This document shows positions 1 to 10,200 of a stretch of 64,000 nt of DNA, piece after piece. A program made the position numbers and the translations under genes. The notes under the pieces were generated by a model. That model did no database searches, had not been told where the DNA came from, and was given only the letters and a program-made list of their open reading frames with translations. This stretch comes from a bacterium (GTDB lineage Bacteria > Myxococcota_A > UBA9160 > UBA4427). Every line of letters starts with the position of its first letter. Positions within the stretch are counted from its first letter, which is position 1. The stretch spans positions 9,673 to 73,672 of the forward strand of contig JANOFF010000048.1 in NCBI GenBank assembly GCA_031413515.1, given 5' to 3'.

Positions 1-162
1 CTGGTCGCCGACGCCAAGGAGCTGGGCGGTGCGGCGCCGCTCCTCGACCTCGCCGCGTGGCGTGCCTTCCAGCTCCTGGTGGCGTTCTTCCTGTTGCTCT
101 TCGTCTACCGGCGCATCGAGGGAGCAATCGCCCGACGTCGTCGTCCGCGGACGGACGGGTAG
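1..162 (+). CDS. 3' end of an unidentified membrane-protein gene (partial, starts before the window)
   Basis: Frame 1 is open from base 1 to TAG at 160-162 (LVADAKELGG...LLVAFFLLLFVYRRIEGAIARRRRPRTDG*). It has GC3-rich codons and one hydrophobic helix. There is no start codon in the window and the family is unknown. Confidence 0.35.
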   Translation: MVADAKELGGAAPLLDLAAWRAFQLLVAFFLLLFVYRRIEGAIARRRRPRTDG

Positions 163-253
163 TCGTTCTTGCGGGTCGGCCCCGTCTGGATTCCGGACGG
201 GACGTGCTCGGCTTCGGTGGCGTTGGCAATTGATCGAATGGAGAGTTCCGCGG

Positions 254-1054
254 ATGGATCTGTTCTGGGTGTATGACATTCCGAGTGCTGCGTTCTGCGC
301 GATCCTGGTCGGTCTATTCGTGCTCGTCGGCGTGGTTGGACTCCTGCTGACCCGAGGCCTCGCACAGCGGATCTTCGGAACGGAGCCCGCCTGCAACGAG
401 TTCGTGAGCTACACGCTCTCCGGAGCGGGTGTGTTCTACGGCATCACGCTGGGTTTGATCGCCGTGGGCGCCTGGTCGACGTTCGGTGAGATCGACAACA
501 AGGTGTCTCGCGAGGCCGCGGCGCTGGCGGCGCTGTATCGCGACGTGGGCATGCTGCCCGAGCCACACCGCGCCGAACTGCAGGACACGCTTCGCCGTTA
601 CACGCGACAAGTGATCGACGTGGCGTGGCCGCAACAGCGCAACGGAATCCGTCCGAAGGGAGGAATCCCTTTCATGGAGGAATTCAAGGATCGATTGCTG
701 CGCGTCCGACCCACTCATGCGGCCGACGTGGCGATCTTCGGTGAGGTCCTCGACGAGTTCAACGTCATGCTCGAGTTCCGCCGGCTACGCATCCAATCGG
801 CGCTCACGGGGATGCCGTCGACGCTCTGGCTCGTGGTCTTTCTTGGAGCCTTCATCAACATCGTGATCATGTGGTGCTTCGTGATCGAGCGCTTGAACGC
901 GCACGTCATCATGGTGGTGCTGACCGCTTCCCTGATGGGTCTGATCGTCTTCTTGACCGCTGCGCTCGACTATCCATTCCGCGGCGAGTTCAGCATCGGA
1001 CCCGATGCCTTCGAACTGACCTACGAACAGGTCATGCTGGACGACGTCCGGTGA
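254..1054 (+). CDS. DUF4239-family membrane protein
   Basis: ORF 29..1054 trimmed to ATG 254 (MDLFWVYDIPSAAF...), because the upstream 75 codons are Arg/Ser junk. TM helices at both ends flank a soluble core. Motifs such as AALYRDVGMLPEP and ALDYPFRGEFSIGPDAFE fit my recollection of DUF4239. Confidence 0.7.
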   Translation: MDLFWVYDIPSAAFCAILVGLFVLVGVVGLLLTRGLAQRIFGTEPACNEFVSYTLSGAGVFYGITLGLIAVGAWSTFGEIDNKVSREAAALAALYRDVGMLPEPHRAELQDTLRRYTRQVIDVAWPQQRNGIRPKGGIPFMEEFKDRLLRVRPTHAADVAIFGEVLDEFNVMLEFRRLRIQSALTGMPSTLWLVVFLGAFINIVIMWCFVIERLNAHVIMVVLTASLMGLIVFLTAALDYPFRGEFSIGPDAFELTYEQVMLDDVR

Positions 1055-1155
1055 CTACGCGGTGATCCCGCGCTGACCCCGCGGCAATCGCGTCGTCCGG
1101 TCTGGAACCCGTCTCTACGTTTCGAAGCCCTGCCCATCTCGACGCTTGCGCAGCA

Positions 1156-2412
1156 CTACATCGTCCAGCGCATCCCGAGCATTGCCTGATAGCGGAAGGC
1201 GTCCTTCGAACTGGTGTTGTAGTTCTGGTTCAAGGGGTCAGGCGGATTGTTGCTCTGAAGGCCCGAGTACAGGGCGCTGTTCTCCTGAAACAGCCAGAGG
1301 TTCTTGATGAGCCTGTACTGGAAGCCCACTCGCCCGACATGCTGATCGCCCTCCGTCGACTCGTCGGGCGGCACGAGCCGCGCGCCATAGCGGTAGCTGA
1401 CGATCACCTTCAATCGACTGGTCGGCCGCAGGGTCGTACCGACCACGGCCCCGAGCGACCACGCGTCGAGGGGGATGAAGGCTTTCGTCAACTTCTGTTC
1501 GTACCAGCGGTAGGCGAAGTCGAAGCCGAGTGTCAGGTCGAAGCGCCTCGGCACGATTCGCTGGCTCCATCGGATCGCGCCACCCGCCTGCATGTAGTCG
1601 GACGAGGGCTTGCTCGGGTCGGGTTCATCGATCCACGCACGCGTGTAACGAGCGAGCATGCCAAGTGAGGTCGGCTCCCACGGCTTGAAGTTCGCGCGCA
1701 CCGCCGGCGTCAACAGATTGCGCATCGGCTTGCTGCCGAAAAGCGAGCCGCCGAGGGGATCCTCGTCGAAGAAAGCGTCGTCCGTACCCTCATCGTCCAG
1801 GTTCGAATCGTCGTCCCAGTCATCGGCATCCGCAAAGTCGTCGATGGCGTCGAGCGAGAACTCGTCCTGGAGCTGGTCGTCGATCTCGTCGCCGGCGTCG
1901 ACGTTGCCGTCCCCGTCATCCGGGTCGATGTCGCCGTCGCCGTCGTCGTCCACCGGGGTAGCGGGCTTCTTGAGCGTTGGATTGAAGTTGCCGTTGTAGC
2001 CAATTCCGGCTCCGAGCCGCCCGGACGGCCGGAAGTCTTTCTTGCTGCCCCCGCCGAACATCTTCCAGTCGAGACCGGTGCGACCGACGACGCGGAGCGC
2101 CCACGCCTGGGTATCCGAGGCTGCGTAGCGATACGACGACGTCAGGCCGGCGCCGGATGTCCAGCGCAGCCGCTTCGCGGGCTGGACCCGGTATTGGCTC
2201 TTCAGCGTCGTCTCGTTCGAAAACGCGTCGGTTGTGGGAGTTTTCTTGTTGAACAGGTTGCTGTCGTAGCCGAGGCCCGACATCGCACCGAGCCTGAGTG
2301 GACTCGTCTTCGTCTTCTTGGCCGTCGGTGCCGCTTCCGCAGCGTCTGTCTCGGCCGCAACCGGTGCGACGGCCAGCATCACGATCGCGATCCCCAGGAA
2401 CCAAATACGCAT
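1156..2412 (-). CDS. Secreted, probable outer-membrane beta-barrel protein with a long Asp-rich (calcium-binding-like) insert
   Basis: ORF 1156..2811 trimmed to ATG 2412 (MRIWFLGIAIVMLAVAPVAAE..., a signal peptide). Alternating aromatic/polar beta-strand patterns occur (SYRYAA, GFDFAYRWY, VIVSYRYG, VGFQYRL). The central segment is PVDDDGDGDIDPDDGDGNVDAGDE...DDWDDDSNLDDEGTDDAFFDED. Confidence 0.55.
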   Translation of the reverse strand: MRIWFLGIAIVMLAVAPVAAETDAAEAAPTAKKTKTSPLRLGAMSGLGYDSNLFNKKTPTTDAFSNETTLKSQYRVQPAKRLRWTSGAGLTSSYRYAASDTQAWALRVVGRTGLDWKMFGGGSKKDFRPSGRLGAGIGYNGNFNPTLKKPATPVDDDGDGDIDPDDGDGNVDAGDEIDDQLQDEFSLDAIDDFADADDWDDDSNLDDEGTDDAFFDEDPLGGSLFGSKPMRNLLTPAVRANFKPWEPTSLGMLARYTRAWIDEPDPSKPSSDYMQAGGAIRWSQRIVPRRFDLTLGFDFAYRWYEQKLTKAFIPLDAWSLGAVVGTTLRPTSRLKVIVSYRYGARLVPPDESTEGDQHVGRVGFQYRLIKNLWLFQENSALYSGLQSNNPPDPLNQNYNTSSKDAFRYQAMLGMRWTM

Positions 2413-2714
2413 CGAGTCTTCTCCAAGAGCCAATCGGCTTGTGGCAAGCCTTCCGCAGCGCGCCGATGCTAATGCGCCTGTGGCCTCTCCGCGCCGATGG
2501 ATCGAGGAAAAGTTCGCGTCCCGATCGCGCATGGAGGTCGTGCGGGCGGAGCGACCCGAGCGCCCCGGACGATCGGATCCGACACCTGTCGCGAACACCC
2601 CATCGGCCGCGTCGGACTGCGTACGGTCCCCGCATCCCACCGACGACTCGGCGGGGTTCGAAGCGACGCTCGCGGCTCTTGCCCGCGCCTTGGACGCGGT
2701 AGCGTCCGGCCTCG

Positions 2715-3983
2715 ATGCGCCCGACCCGTGCCCGCCACAGGATGCTCGCCTTCGCACTCGGCGCGATGGCGGTCGCGTATCTGGATCGCGTCTGCATCTC
2801 GATCGCGGCACCGTCGATCCAGTCGGATCTCGGCCTCGGCGACCGGCAGATGGGGGTCGTGTTCAGCGCATTCACGCTCGCGTACGCGCTCTTCGAGGTG
2901 CCGAGCGGTTGGTTCGCAGATCGCTTCGGTTCGCGGCTGACGGTGACTCGCATCGTGCTCTGGTGGTCGGCCATGACGGCCGCCACCGGTCTGTCCCGCG
3001 GCTTCGCTTCCCTCGTCGCGCTGCGCTGGCTCTTCGGCATGGGTGAGGCCGGTGTGCTGCCGAGCCTCGCCCGAGCATTCGGCCGCTGGCTTCCCGAGCG
3101 CGAGCGCGGCCGGGCGTTCGGACTCACCATCATGGCGGCCGCGCTGGGCGGAGCGATCACGCAGCCTCTCGTCGTGTGGATGCTCCAGCGCTTCAGCTGG
3201 CGCGGGGCCTTCCCGATCTTCGGCGCGGTCGGGCTCGTCTACGCCGCCGCCTGGTGGTGGTGGTTCCGCGACGACCCGCACGAACACACCGGAGTCAACG
3301 CGGCCGAACTCGCCCTGATCGGCAGCAACCCACCCGCCGAACATCCACCGGTGCCCTGGAGCGCACTGCTGCGCAGCCGGAACCTGCTGGCTCTGTGCGC
3401 GATGTACTTCGGCGCCATCTACGGCTGGTACTTCTACCTGACCTGGCTGCCCACCTATCTGCTGCGCGCGCGCGGCTTCGATCTCGCGTCGGTCGGCTGG
3501 CTCGCCGCGCTGCCGCTGCTCGGCATCGCGACCGGATCCCTCGTCGGGGGTGCTCTCTCCGATGTGCTCACGCGCCGCTTCGGATCGCGGATCGGACTGC
3601 GCGTGCCCGGTCTCGTCGGTCTGCCTCTCGCTGCGCTCGCGATCGGCACCGCGGTCGGGACCTCGGATCCGCGAAACGCTGCGTTCGCACTTGCCGCCGC
3701 TGCGATGCTCGCGGCGCTCGGTGTCGCGCCGGCGTGGTCCGTGTGTCTCGCGATCGGTGGTCGGCATGCGGGCGTCGTATCGGGCGCGATGAATATGTTC
3801 GGCAATCTCGGAGGTGTGGCGAGTCCCCTCGTCGTGGGGTGGTCGCTCGATTCGTCCGGGGACTGGAACGTGCCGCTGTACACGGTGGCCGCGTTCTATG
3901 CCTTCGCGGCAGTCTGCTGGCTCGGCATCGACCCGACCGAGCCGTTGGATCACGCGATGGCTCCCGCATCTGCGGGGAGCTGA
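2715..3983 (+). CDS. MFS transporter
   Basis: 422 aa with about 12 hydrophobic helices. The N-terminal signature is AVAYLDRVCISIAAPSIQSDLGL...GVVFSAFTLAYALFEVPSGWFADRFGSR, typical of anion/sugar-acid type MFS permeases. ATG at 2715. Confidence 0.85.
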   Translation: MRPTRARHRMLAFALGAMAVAYLDRVCISIAAPSIQSDLGLGDRQMGVVFSAFTLAYALFEVPSGWFADRFGSRLTVTRIVLWWSAMTAATGLSRGFASLVALRWLFGMGEAGVLPSLARAFGRWLPERERGRAFGLTIMAAALGGAITQPLVVWMLQRFSWRGAFPIFGAVGLVYAAAWWWWFRDDPHEHTGVNAAELALIGSNPPAEHPPVPWSALLRSRNLLALCAMYFGAIYGWYFYLTWLPTYLLRARGFDLASVGWLAALPLLGIATGSLVGGALSDVLTRRFGSRIGLRVPGLVGLPLAALAIGTAVGTSDPRNAAFALAAAAMLAALGVAPAWSVCLAIGGRHAGVVSGAMNMFGNLGGVASPLVVGWSLDSSGDWNVPLYTVAAFYAFAAVCWLGIDPTEPLDHAMAPASAGS

Positions 3984-4010
3984 CGCGCCAGGCCAGCAGA
4001 GATGCCTTCG

Positions 4011-5027
4011 CTAGTTCAACTTGCCCACATGGATCAGCGCGAAGCCCGATAGCACCACCTGCGGTAACGCCATACCGATCACCACGCCGGGCTCATCGGC
4101 GCGGACCTCGTTCACCCGGTCGGTGACTGGATCGGTCACGGTGGCGACCAGTTGTCCGGCCTCCACGCGGTCGCCCAATGCCACCACCGGCAGGTAGATG
4201 CCGCCCTGGCGGTGTGGCACGCGCAGCCAGCGCGAGCGCTCCAGCACCTTCGCGCGCTCCCCGGGGCCGGTCGACGGCGTCATCTCGAGGAAGCTCAGTG
4301 CGTTCTTCACACCCTTCACGCCGCGCACGATCTCGGGTTCGGAGAAGATGTAGGGGCCGCCACCCTCGTAGGTGATCGCGGGGATGCCGCGCCTCGCGGA
4401 TTCGCGGCGAAGGCTGCCCTCCGGACCCACTCCCGCGATGACGATTCCGACGCCGAAACTCATGGCCAGATCCAACGCCTCGGGGCTGGTGGTGTCCACC
4501 CTCACCTGCGGCATGTTGGTCCGCAGGTTCGAGCCCGTATGCAGGTCGATCAGGTACGAGCAGTGCTTGATCACGCCTTCGAAGACTTCGTGGGCCACGA
4601 TGGTCGCCACGCTGCCGTTGAGGTTGCCGGGAAAGGCGCGGTTCAGATCGCGGCGGTCGGGCATGTTGCGCTGCTTGGCCCGAAACCCATACGAGTTCAC
4701 GGTGGGCAGCACCACGAGCATTCCCGAGAGTTGCTCGGCATCGGCAGCAGCGAACACGCGGCGCACGATCTCCACGCTGTTGACCTCGTCACCGTGGACG
4801 GCCGAGGTCACGCATAGCGTCGGACCGGGTCGCGCGCCGCGCGCGACCAACACCGCAAAGTCGATGAAGGCACCTTCGAACGATCGCTCGCCGCCGAAAT
4901 AGAACCGCGCCTTCTCACCCGGCGAGATCGAGTTCCCGGCCAGCTGTGCCGGCCCCCAGTCCGCGGCGGCGTTCGATGGGAACCACAAGCTGCCGAGCAA
5001 CAGGCACGTCAGCCATCGCGTCTTCAC
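4011..5027 (-). CDS. Succinylglutamate desuccinylase/aspartoacylase-family (M14-like) zinc hydrolase, exported
   Basis: ORF 4011..5174 trimmed to GTG 5027 (VKTRWLTCLLLGSLWFPSNAAA, a signal peptide). It has the zinc motif VHGDEVNSVEI and a later LHTGS motif typical of the AstE/AspA family. Confidence 0.75.
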   Translation of the reverse strand: MKTRWLTCLLLGSLWFPSNAAADWGPAQLAGNSISPGEKARFYFGGERSFEGAFIDFAVLVARGARPGPTLCVTSAVHGDEVNSVEIVRRVFAAADAEQLSGMLVVLPTVNSYGFRAKQRNMPDRRDLNRAFPGNLNGSVATIVAHEVFEGVIKHCSYLIDLHTGSNLRTNMPQVRVDTTSPEALDLAMSFGVGIVIAGVGPEGSLRRESARRGIPAITYEGGGPYIFSEPEIVRGVKGVKNALSFLEMTPSTGPGERAKVLERSRWLRVPHRQGGIYLPVVALGDRVEAGQLVATVTDPVTDRVNEVRADEPGVVIGMALPQVVLSGFALIHVGKLN

Positions 5028-5349
5028 GGGGATTCCTAGTCGAGAAGCCACGCCTGCTCGGCTTCGATTCCTGCACCATGCTACAGGCCACCATAGCGGG
5101 CAATCGGGAGAAGGGACGCGCAGAGCAACTCTCCAAGTCCGGGTTTCGTCTGTCACCCGGCTCGGGGAATACAAGACCCTGAGGTCCCGCCGTGGTCAGA
5201 ATCGGCGACCCGTCCACGCCACGTGTCCGGTGCGGAGCTTCGAGCAGGATCTCATGCGATTTCGCGCGCAGACGCTTCCGGATGTGGTACGAAATCGCCA
5301 GAGCCGGTGTGGGACGCGGCTCGAGCCAGAATCCTGGAAGGGAGCTCTC

Positions 5350-5862
5350 ATGCGATCAGTACGAAACACGCGGCTTGCCAAGGGCATCGGCATCGTGCTT
5401 CTGATTTCCACGTTCGCGACCGGCGCTCTCGCGCAGGCGAGACCCTGGGACCAGAAAGCGGTGACCGCGATCGCCGAGAATCTCGAAAGGGCCCTCCGCG
5501 ATCTGCGCGTGACGGTCCGACGAAACCCACAAGCGCCCGTGGGCTCGACGATGCGGCGTGCGCAGTTCAAGGCGCGCGAGACTCTCGGACAGCTCGTGAC
5601 GACATCGCAGCGGCTGGCTACCCAGCTGCGCGCGGGCGAGGACCTCGATGCGACACTGCCCACCGTCCGGCGCCTGCAGATGCTGCGCCGCGACGCCGAG
5701 CAGACCGGACGCAGAGCCGACATCCCGGCACCGACGTTGGAACGAATCGTCAGCGCCCAGACCCTGATCGATCAGCTCATGGCCTTCTACGGACAGGCTG
5801 CGGCCGAAGAAGACGCCGCCGAGCGGGCAGAGTCGACCCCACCGCCCACGAAGACGCCGTAG
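5350..5862 (+). CDS. Hypothetical exported helical protein
   Basis: ORF 5230..5862 trimmed to ATG 5350, preceded by GGAAGGGAG. The signal peptide is MRSVRNTRLAKGIGIVLLISTFATGALAQA. The remainder is Arg/Leu-rich and helical, with no family recognised. Confidence 0.5.
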   Translation: MRSVRNTRLAKGIGIVLLISTFATGALAQARPWDQKAVTAIAENLERALRDLRVTVRRNPQAPVGSTMRRAQFKARETLGQLVTTSQRLATQLRAGEDLDATLPTVRRLQMLRRDAEQTGRRADIPAPTLERIVSAQTLIDQLMAFYGQAAAEEDAAERAESTPPPTKTP

Positions 5863-5909
5863 CGGCGGAAGAACGCCACGGTTCCGGCGCCCCGCACGAC
5901 CGAAGCTCT

Positions 5910-5926
5910 GGTGTCGGATCGACACC
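5910..5926. terminator. Short perfect hairpin between convergent genes (possible bidirectional terminator)
   Basis: GGTGTCG-GAT-CGACACC has a 7-bp perfect stem. It sits between the stop at 5862 (+) and the stop at 5938 (-). There is no U-tract. Confidence 0.3.
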
Positions 5927-5937
5927 GCCCAGCCGAT

Positions 5938-7251
5938 CTACTCGTCGATCAATTCCACGAACAGATCGTCGAGTTCAGCGACTTCGCCCGTGACTTCGGC
6001 CTCGGCCTCGTCACCGAAGGCGATCCGAGTGGCCTCCGCCAACGAAGGCTCGCGTTGGTTGTGGGCCTCGAAGATCGGGAGATCGAGATCGTCCTCGACC
6101 TCGTCGCGCTCCTGGAGCACGGCATTGACCTCCGCGTCGAGATCGAAAGTCGCGTTGTCCTCGTCGGCCGCATGCAGCACGGTCGTCCGCTCATCGGATC
6201 GCACGTCTTCGAAATCGAGCAGGGAGGCGAGATCTTGTGAGGCCTTCGGAGCGGCCGGGCGACTCATGCGTGCGGGCTCGGCGACGGCGCGGGTCGCCAC
6301 CTTCGGGTCGTGCCTCATGGCGGTGCCGAGCGCCGAACCCAGCTCGACCGGCTCGGCGAGCGCGGTCGGCCGGGATGCGGGCGCGGCGCTTGCGGCGAAC
6401 GGTGAGTAGGTCTGGCCGGGATCCGAGCCGACACCGAGGTCGCTCGCTGCGCGTTCGACGTCCCGCGCATCGACCTGCTTGCGTCCACCGAGAAAGGCCT
6501 CGAAGAGCGCGTTGTCGGCCAGGGTATTGATCAGCCGCGGCCGGCCGCGGCTGTACTTGTGGAGCGCCTCGATGGTGGGCGACGGAATCATCGGAACGCG
6601 ACCCCCGACGACCGTGAGGCGATGCGCGAGATAGGCGGCTGTGTCGTCGAGTCCGAGGGGCTGCAGCTTCACGCGTACGTCCACCCGCTGATACAGCGCG
6701 GCGCCGCCCGGCATGCACTGATCGAGTTCGGGAGCGCCCACGAGCAGCAACGACAACAGGCGGGTCTCTTCGTACTCCATGTTCAGCAGGCCACCGATCT
6801 CGGCCATCACGTCCGGCCCGAGGATGTGTGCGTCGTCGATGATCAGGACGGCGTGGCGGGCGTCTTCACGAATGATCGCAAGCTGTTCGCAGATCTGAGC
6901 GAGGACGCTCGATCGGTCACCGCCGGGCTCCTCGACCCCGAGTTGGCGGGCGAATCGGCCGAGGATCGTATGGGCATCGGTCGCACCGGGCAGCATCACC
7001 ATCAGTGCCACTTCGAAGAGTTCGTCCTCGAGCGCTTCGAGCAGACGCCGGGCGATCAGGCTCTTGCCCGTGCCCGGTGCACCCGTCAGGACCGTCAGCC
7101 CCTTGCTCTGGCGCAAGCCCCGCTCGACGCGCATGGAGGCGTCGCGATGACACGCGCTGTCGAAGTAGAAGCGCAGATCCGGCTCATTGCTGAAGGGATC
7201 CTGCGACAAGCCGAAGTGCTGGAGATGTTCCACCTTGGACGGTCCTCGCAT
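5938..7251 (-). CDS. ExeA/GspA-like AAA+ ATPase with an acidic disordered C-terminal half
   Basis: The N-terminus MRGPSKVEHLQHFGLSQDPFSNEPDLRFYFDS...GLTVLTGAPGTGKSL (Walker A) and LIIDDAH (Walker B) match the ExeA/AAA_22 pattern. The last ~170 aa are Ala/Pro/Asp/Glu-rich (…DEDNATFDLDAEV…AELDDLFVELIDE). It lies 25 nt downstream of the TPR gene. Confidence 0.75.
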   Translation of the reverse strand: MRGPSKVEHLQHFGLSQDPFSNEPDLRFYFDSACHRDASMRVERGLRQSKGLTVLTGAPGTGKSLIARRLLEALEDELFEVALMVMLPGATDAHTILGRFARQLGVEEPGGDRSSVLAQICEQLAIIREDARHAVLIIDDAHILGPDVMAEIGGLLNMEYEETRLLSLLLVGAPELDQCMPGGAALYQRVDVRVKLQPLGLDDTAAYLAHRLTVVGGRVPMIPSPTIEALHKYSRGRPRLINTLADNALFEAFLGGRKQVDARDVERAASDLGVGSDPGQTYSPFAASAAPASRPTALAEPVELGSALGTAMRHDPKVATRAVAEPARMSRPAAPKASQDLASLLDFEDVRSDERTTVLHAADEDNATFDLDAEVNAVLQERDEVEDDLDLPIFEAHNQREPSLAEATRIAFGDEAEAEVTGEVAELDDLFVELIDE

Positions 7252-7275
7252 TTCGCCTCGGGCCGAGGCGGCTGA

Positions 7276-10200
7276 TCAGACGAAGGAGATCTTCTTCTTG
7301 CGGCGCCCCGGCCGACTCGTTCCGGGGTCCGACTGCGTCTCGGACGCGGGCTGCGACTGCGAGGCGGGCTCGGGCAGCGGCTCGGGCCATTGCGCCGCCG
7401 GCAGCTCCGAGGCTTCCGCATCGGTGATCACGTCGTCGAATGACTCGAAGGTCTCGGGCTCGGACTCGGATTCTCGCTCGCCGACGTCATCACCGAGGAT
7501 GTCGTCGAAGGACTCGTAGTCTTCGCGCGGCAAGGCGACTTCGAGCCCGGCATCGCCCTCACCCTCGCCGCCAGCGGCATCGAGCGCCATCCACTCTGCG
7601 GCAAGCCCCGGAAAGCTCGGATCGGCGTCCTGCACCGCAGTGAAAGCGTGTCGCGCGGACGGCAGGTCCCCGGCTCGAAGCTGGACGCGCCCGAGATCGA
7701 ACTGCAGCGCCGTCCTCTGGGCCACCGCAATCGCACCGCTCGAAAGAGCCTGCTCGATATGGTTGATGGCGTCACGATTGCGGCCGAGTTCCATCGAACA
7801 CAGGGCCATCATGTGAAGGCATTCGAGCTTTCGACCGGGGCTCCCGAGACACGTTGTGAACTCGCCGAGTGCGTCGTTGAAAAGACCCATCTCGCGATAC
7901 GCGATGCCCAGATCGAAGCGCGTGTCGTAGTCGCCCTCGTCGAGCGCTGCCGACACACCCTTCTTGAAGTCGGAGAACAGGGATTCGAATCCATCGTCGA
8001 TGGTCGATCGAGCCGCGACAGACGCGCCGCCCGCGACGGTCTGCTCGTCGCCGAATACGTCGGCCAACTCGGCCGCGAGATCGAACGTTGCTTCCGCGCC
8101 TCCACCCGTCGACGGCGAGTCCTCGCTCCGCGCCCTGCCCCACCCGTCCGAAGCCGGATCGGAAATCGGCAGCGTGTCGTCGACCTGCACGTCGTCGGGA
8201 TCGGGCTCGGCCTGTACGGGCTCCGTCGAAAATCGCCGGCCCTTTGCGTCGCGGCCCGGATGGCTCGGCTCCTCGACCTCGGTCGCGTCTTCCCCGAACA
8301 CACCCGCGTCCGCGGCCGCTTCATCGTCCCCGATGGCAAACTGGTTCTGCGTGTCGTCACCGATGAGTTCGTTCCTGCCATCGGAAAGAGTGGGGGTGCT
8401 CGCGTCGAGACTTTCTCCATCCACGTCGCCGAGTTCGGCTTCGGCTTCGGCGAGAATTGCCTGGAGATCCTCGGACGGCCCGGCACCGGCCACCCCGTTC
8501 GACGAGATCTCGGCGGTGTCGTCTTCAGCCCCGGACTCCGCGTCGTCCAGGTCGAGTTCGAACTCGATGCCATCGCTCGCGTCCGTCGGCGTGTCGGATC
8601 GCTCGGGCAGAGCGCCGCCCTCGCTGTCGTCGTCGAACGAGATCTCGTTCGTACCGCCCACGAACTGATTCTCGCTGGAGGAGATCACCGCGCCGAGTCC
8701 CGGATCCGACACGCTGCCCGGATCTTCTCCGCGCTCCGCGGCCAGTTCGCCGAGCTTGAGCAACGCAGTGGGATGATTGGGGGCCGCGGCCAGCACGCGG
8801 CGGTAGATGGCTTCAGCCTCGCTCGCGAGGCCCTGCTGGATGTAGAACTCGGCCTCTTCGAGGTCCTCTTTCACCTGGGCGGCGGTCGTGGTGCTCTGAC
8901 CGAATTGACTCGACGTCGAACGAGATCCGCTGCCCGTCGTCTTGGATTCCGCGACGGCTCCGTCGCTCGCCACCCCGAAATCGATGCCACGATCGTCGCC
9001 CGAGCCGCTCGAGCTCTCGCCGAACAGGTCTCGAGCCTCCGCGTCGAGTTCGATGTCGACCTCGACCTCGGTGTCGACGTCGATCGAGAGCCCTTCGGTC
9101 GTGCTCTCGATGGCCGCACCGGCGCCCTCGACACGTGGCGAGCTGATGTCGAGATCCAGATCGAATCCGATTCCATCGTCGTCGCCGGTCCCGTCGAGCG
9201 CGAGGGTACGACTGTCTCCGGTGGGCTCCGAGGAGTCCGTCTCGGAAACTTCGATCGAGAGTTCGAACTCGTCGACGGACGACGAAGTGCCGCCGGCAGT
9301 GCTGACGTCTCCGTCGGAGAGATCCGCTTCGAACGCGCTCCCCACCTCGCCGGATCCACCACCTTCTGCGTCCATCGGATCGATCTCACCCGCCGCAACG
9401 GGATCGAGCGCGCCGATCCGATCGCGCAGGATCGTGAAGGCCTCGGCATCGCCCGCTTTGCGCGCCAGCTCGGCGCCACGCTGCCAGCAACCGATCGCGT
9501 CGTCGTCCTGACCGTCTTCCGCGTAGGCCTCGCCGAGCTTCTCGAGGATGCCGCGGTGTTCGGGTCTTTGACGCAGTGCGCTCTTCAGGCTCGCGATCGC
9601 CTGGACCCGTTTGCCGTAGCGCAGGTACACGCTGGCCTCTGCGAGAAGTTGCTCGGGATCGCCGTCCGGCAGTTCAGTCTGTTTCGATCCGCCCGAGACA
9701 GCCACGTCGGTGAGCACCGTCGTGCCCTCGTCGAGATCGATCAGGTCGGATTGCTCGGACGCATCCGCGACGAGAAAGTCCTCATCCTCGAGCAGCTCGT
9801 CCTCACCGACTTCGGACTCGTCGGACTCGGAACGATCGCGTCCGCGGGCCGGCCCCGGCAGTGGCGTCATCGCTTCGGGTGGCAGGCGTTGCAGGACTTC
9901 ACGGGCACGATCGTCATCGCCGCGTGTCTTGTAGAACGTCGCCAGTTCTCGCGTCACGGCGCTGAGGCGGACATCGTTGCCGAGGCTCTTGTAGATCCCG
10001 GCGAGCAGTTCGAAGTGATCGGGTTCCTTGGCCAGTGCGAGGGCACGGACTGCGAAGCGCTCGGCCCGCTCGGGCCGACCGAGATCGCTCAGGTTGCGTG
10101 CGAGTGCGACCAGCGTCGGTACGTGCTCACCTCGCAGTTCGAGGATCCGCTCCTGCACGACACAGATGTTCTCGCCCGCGCCCTGCCGCTTGAGTTCGCG

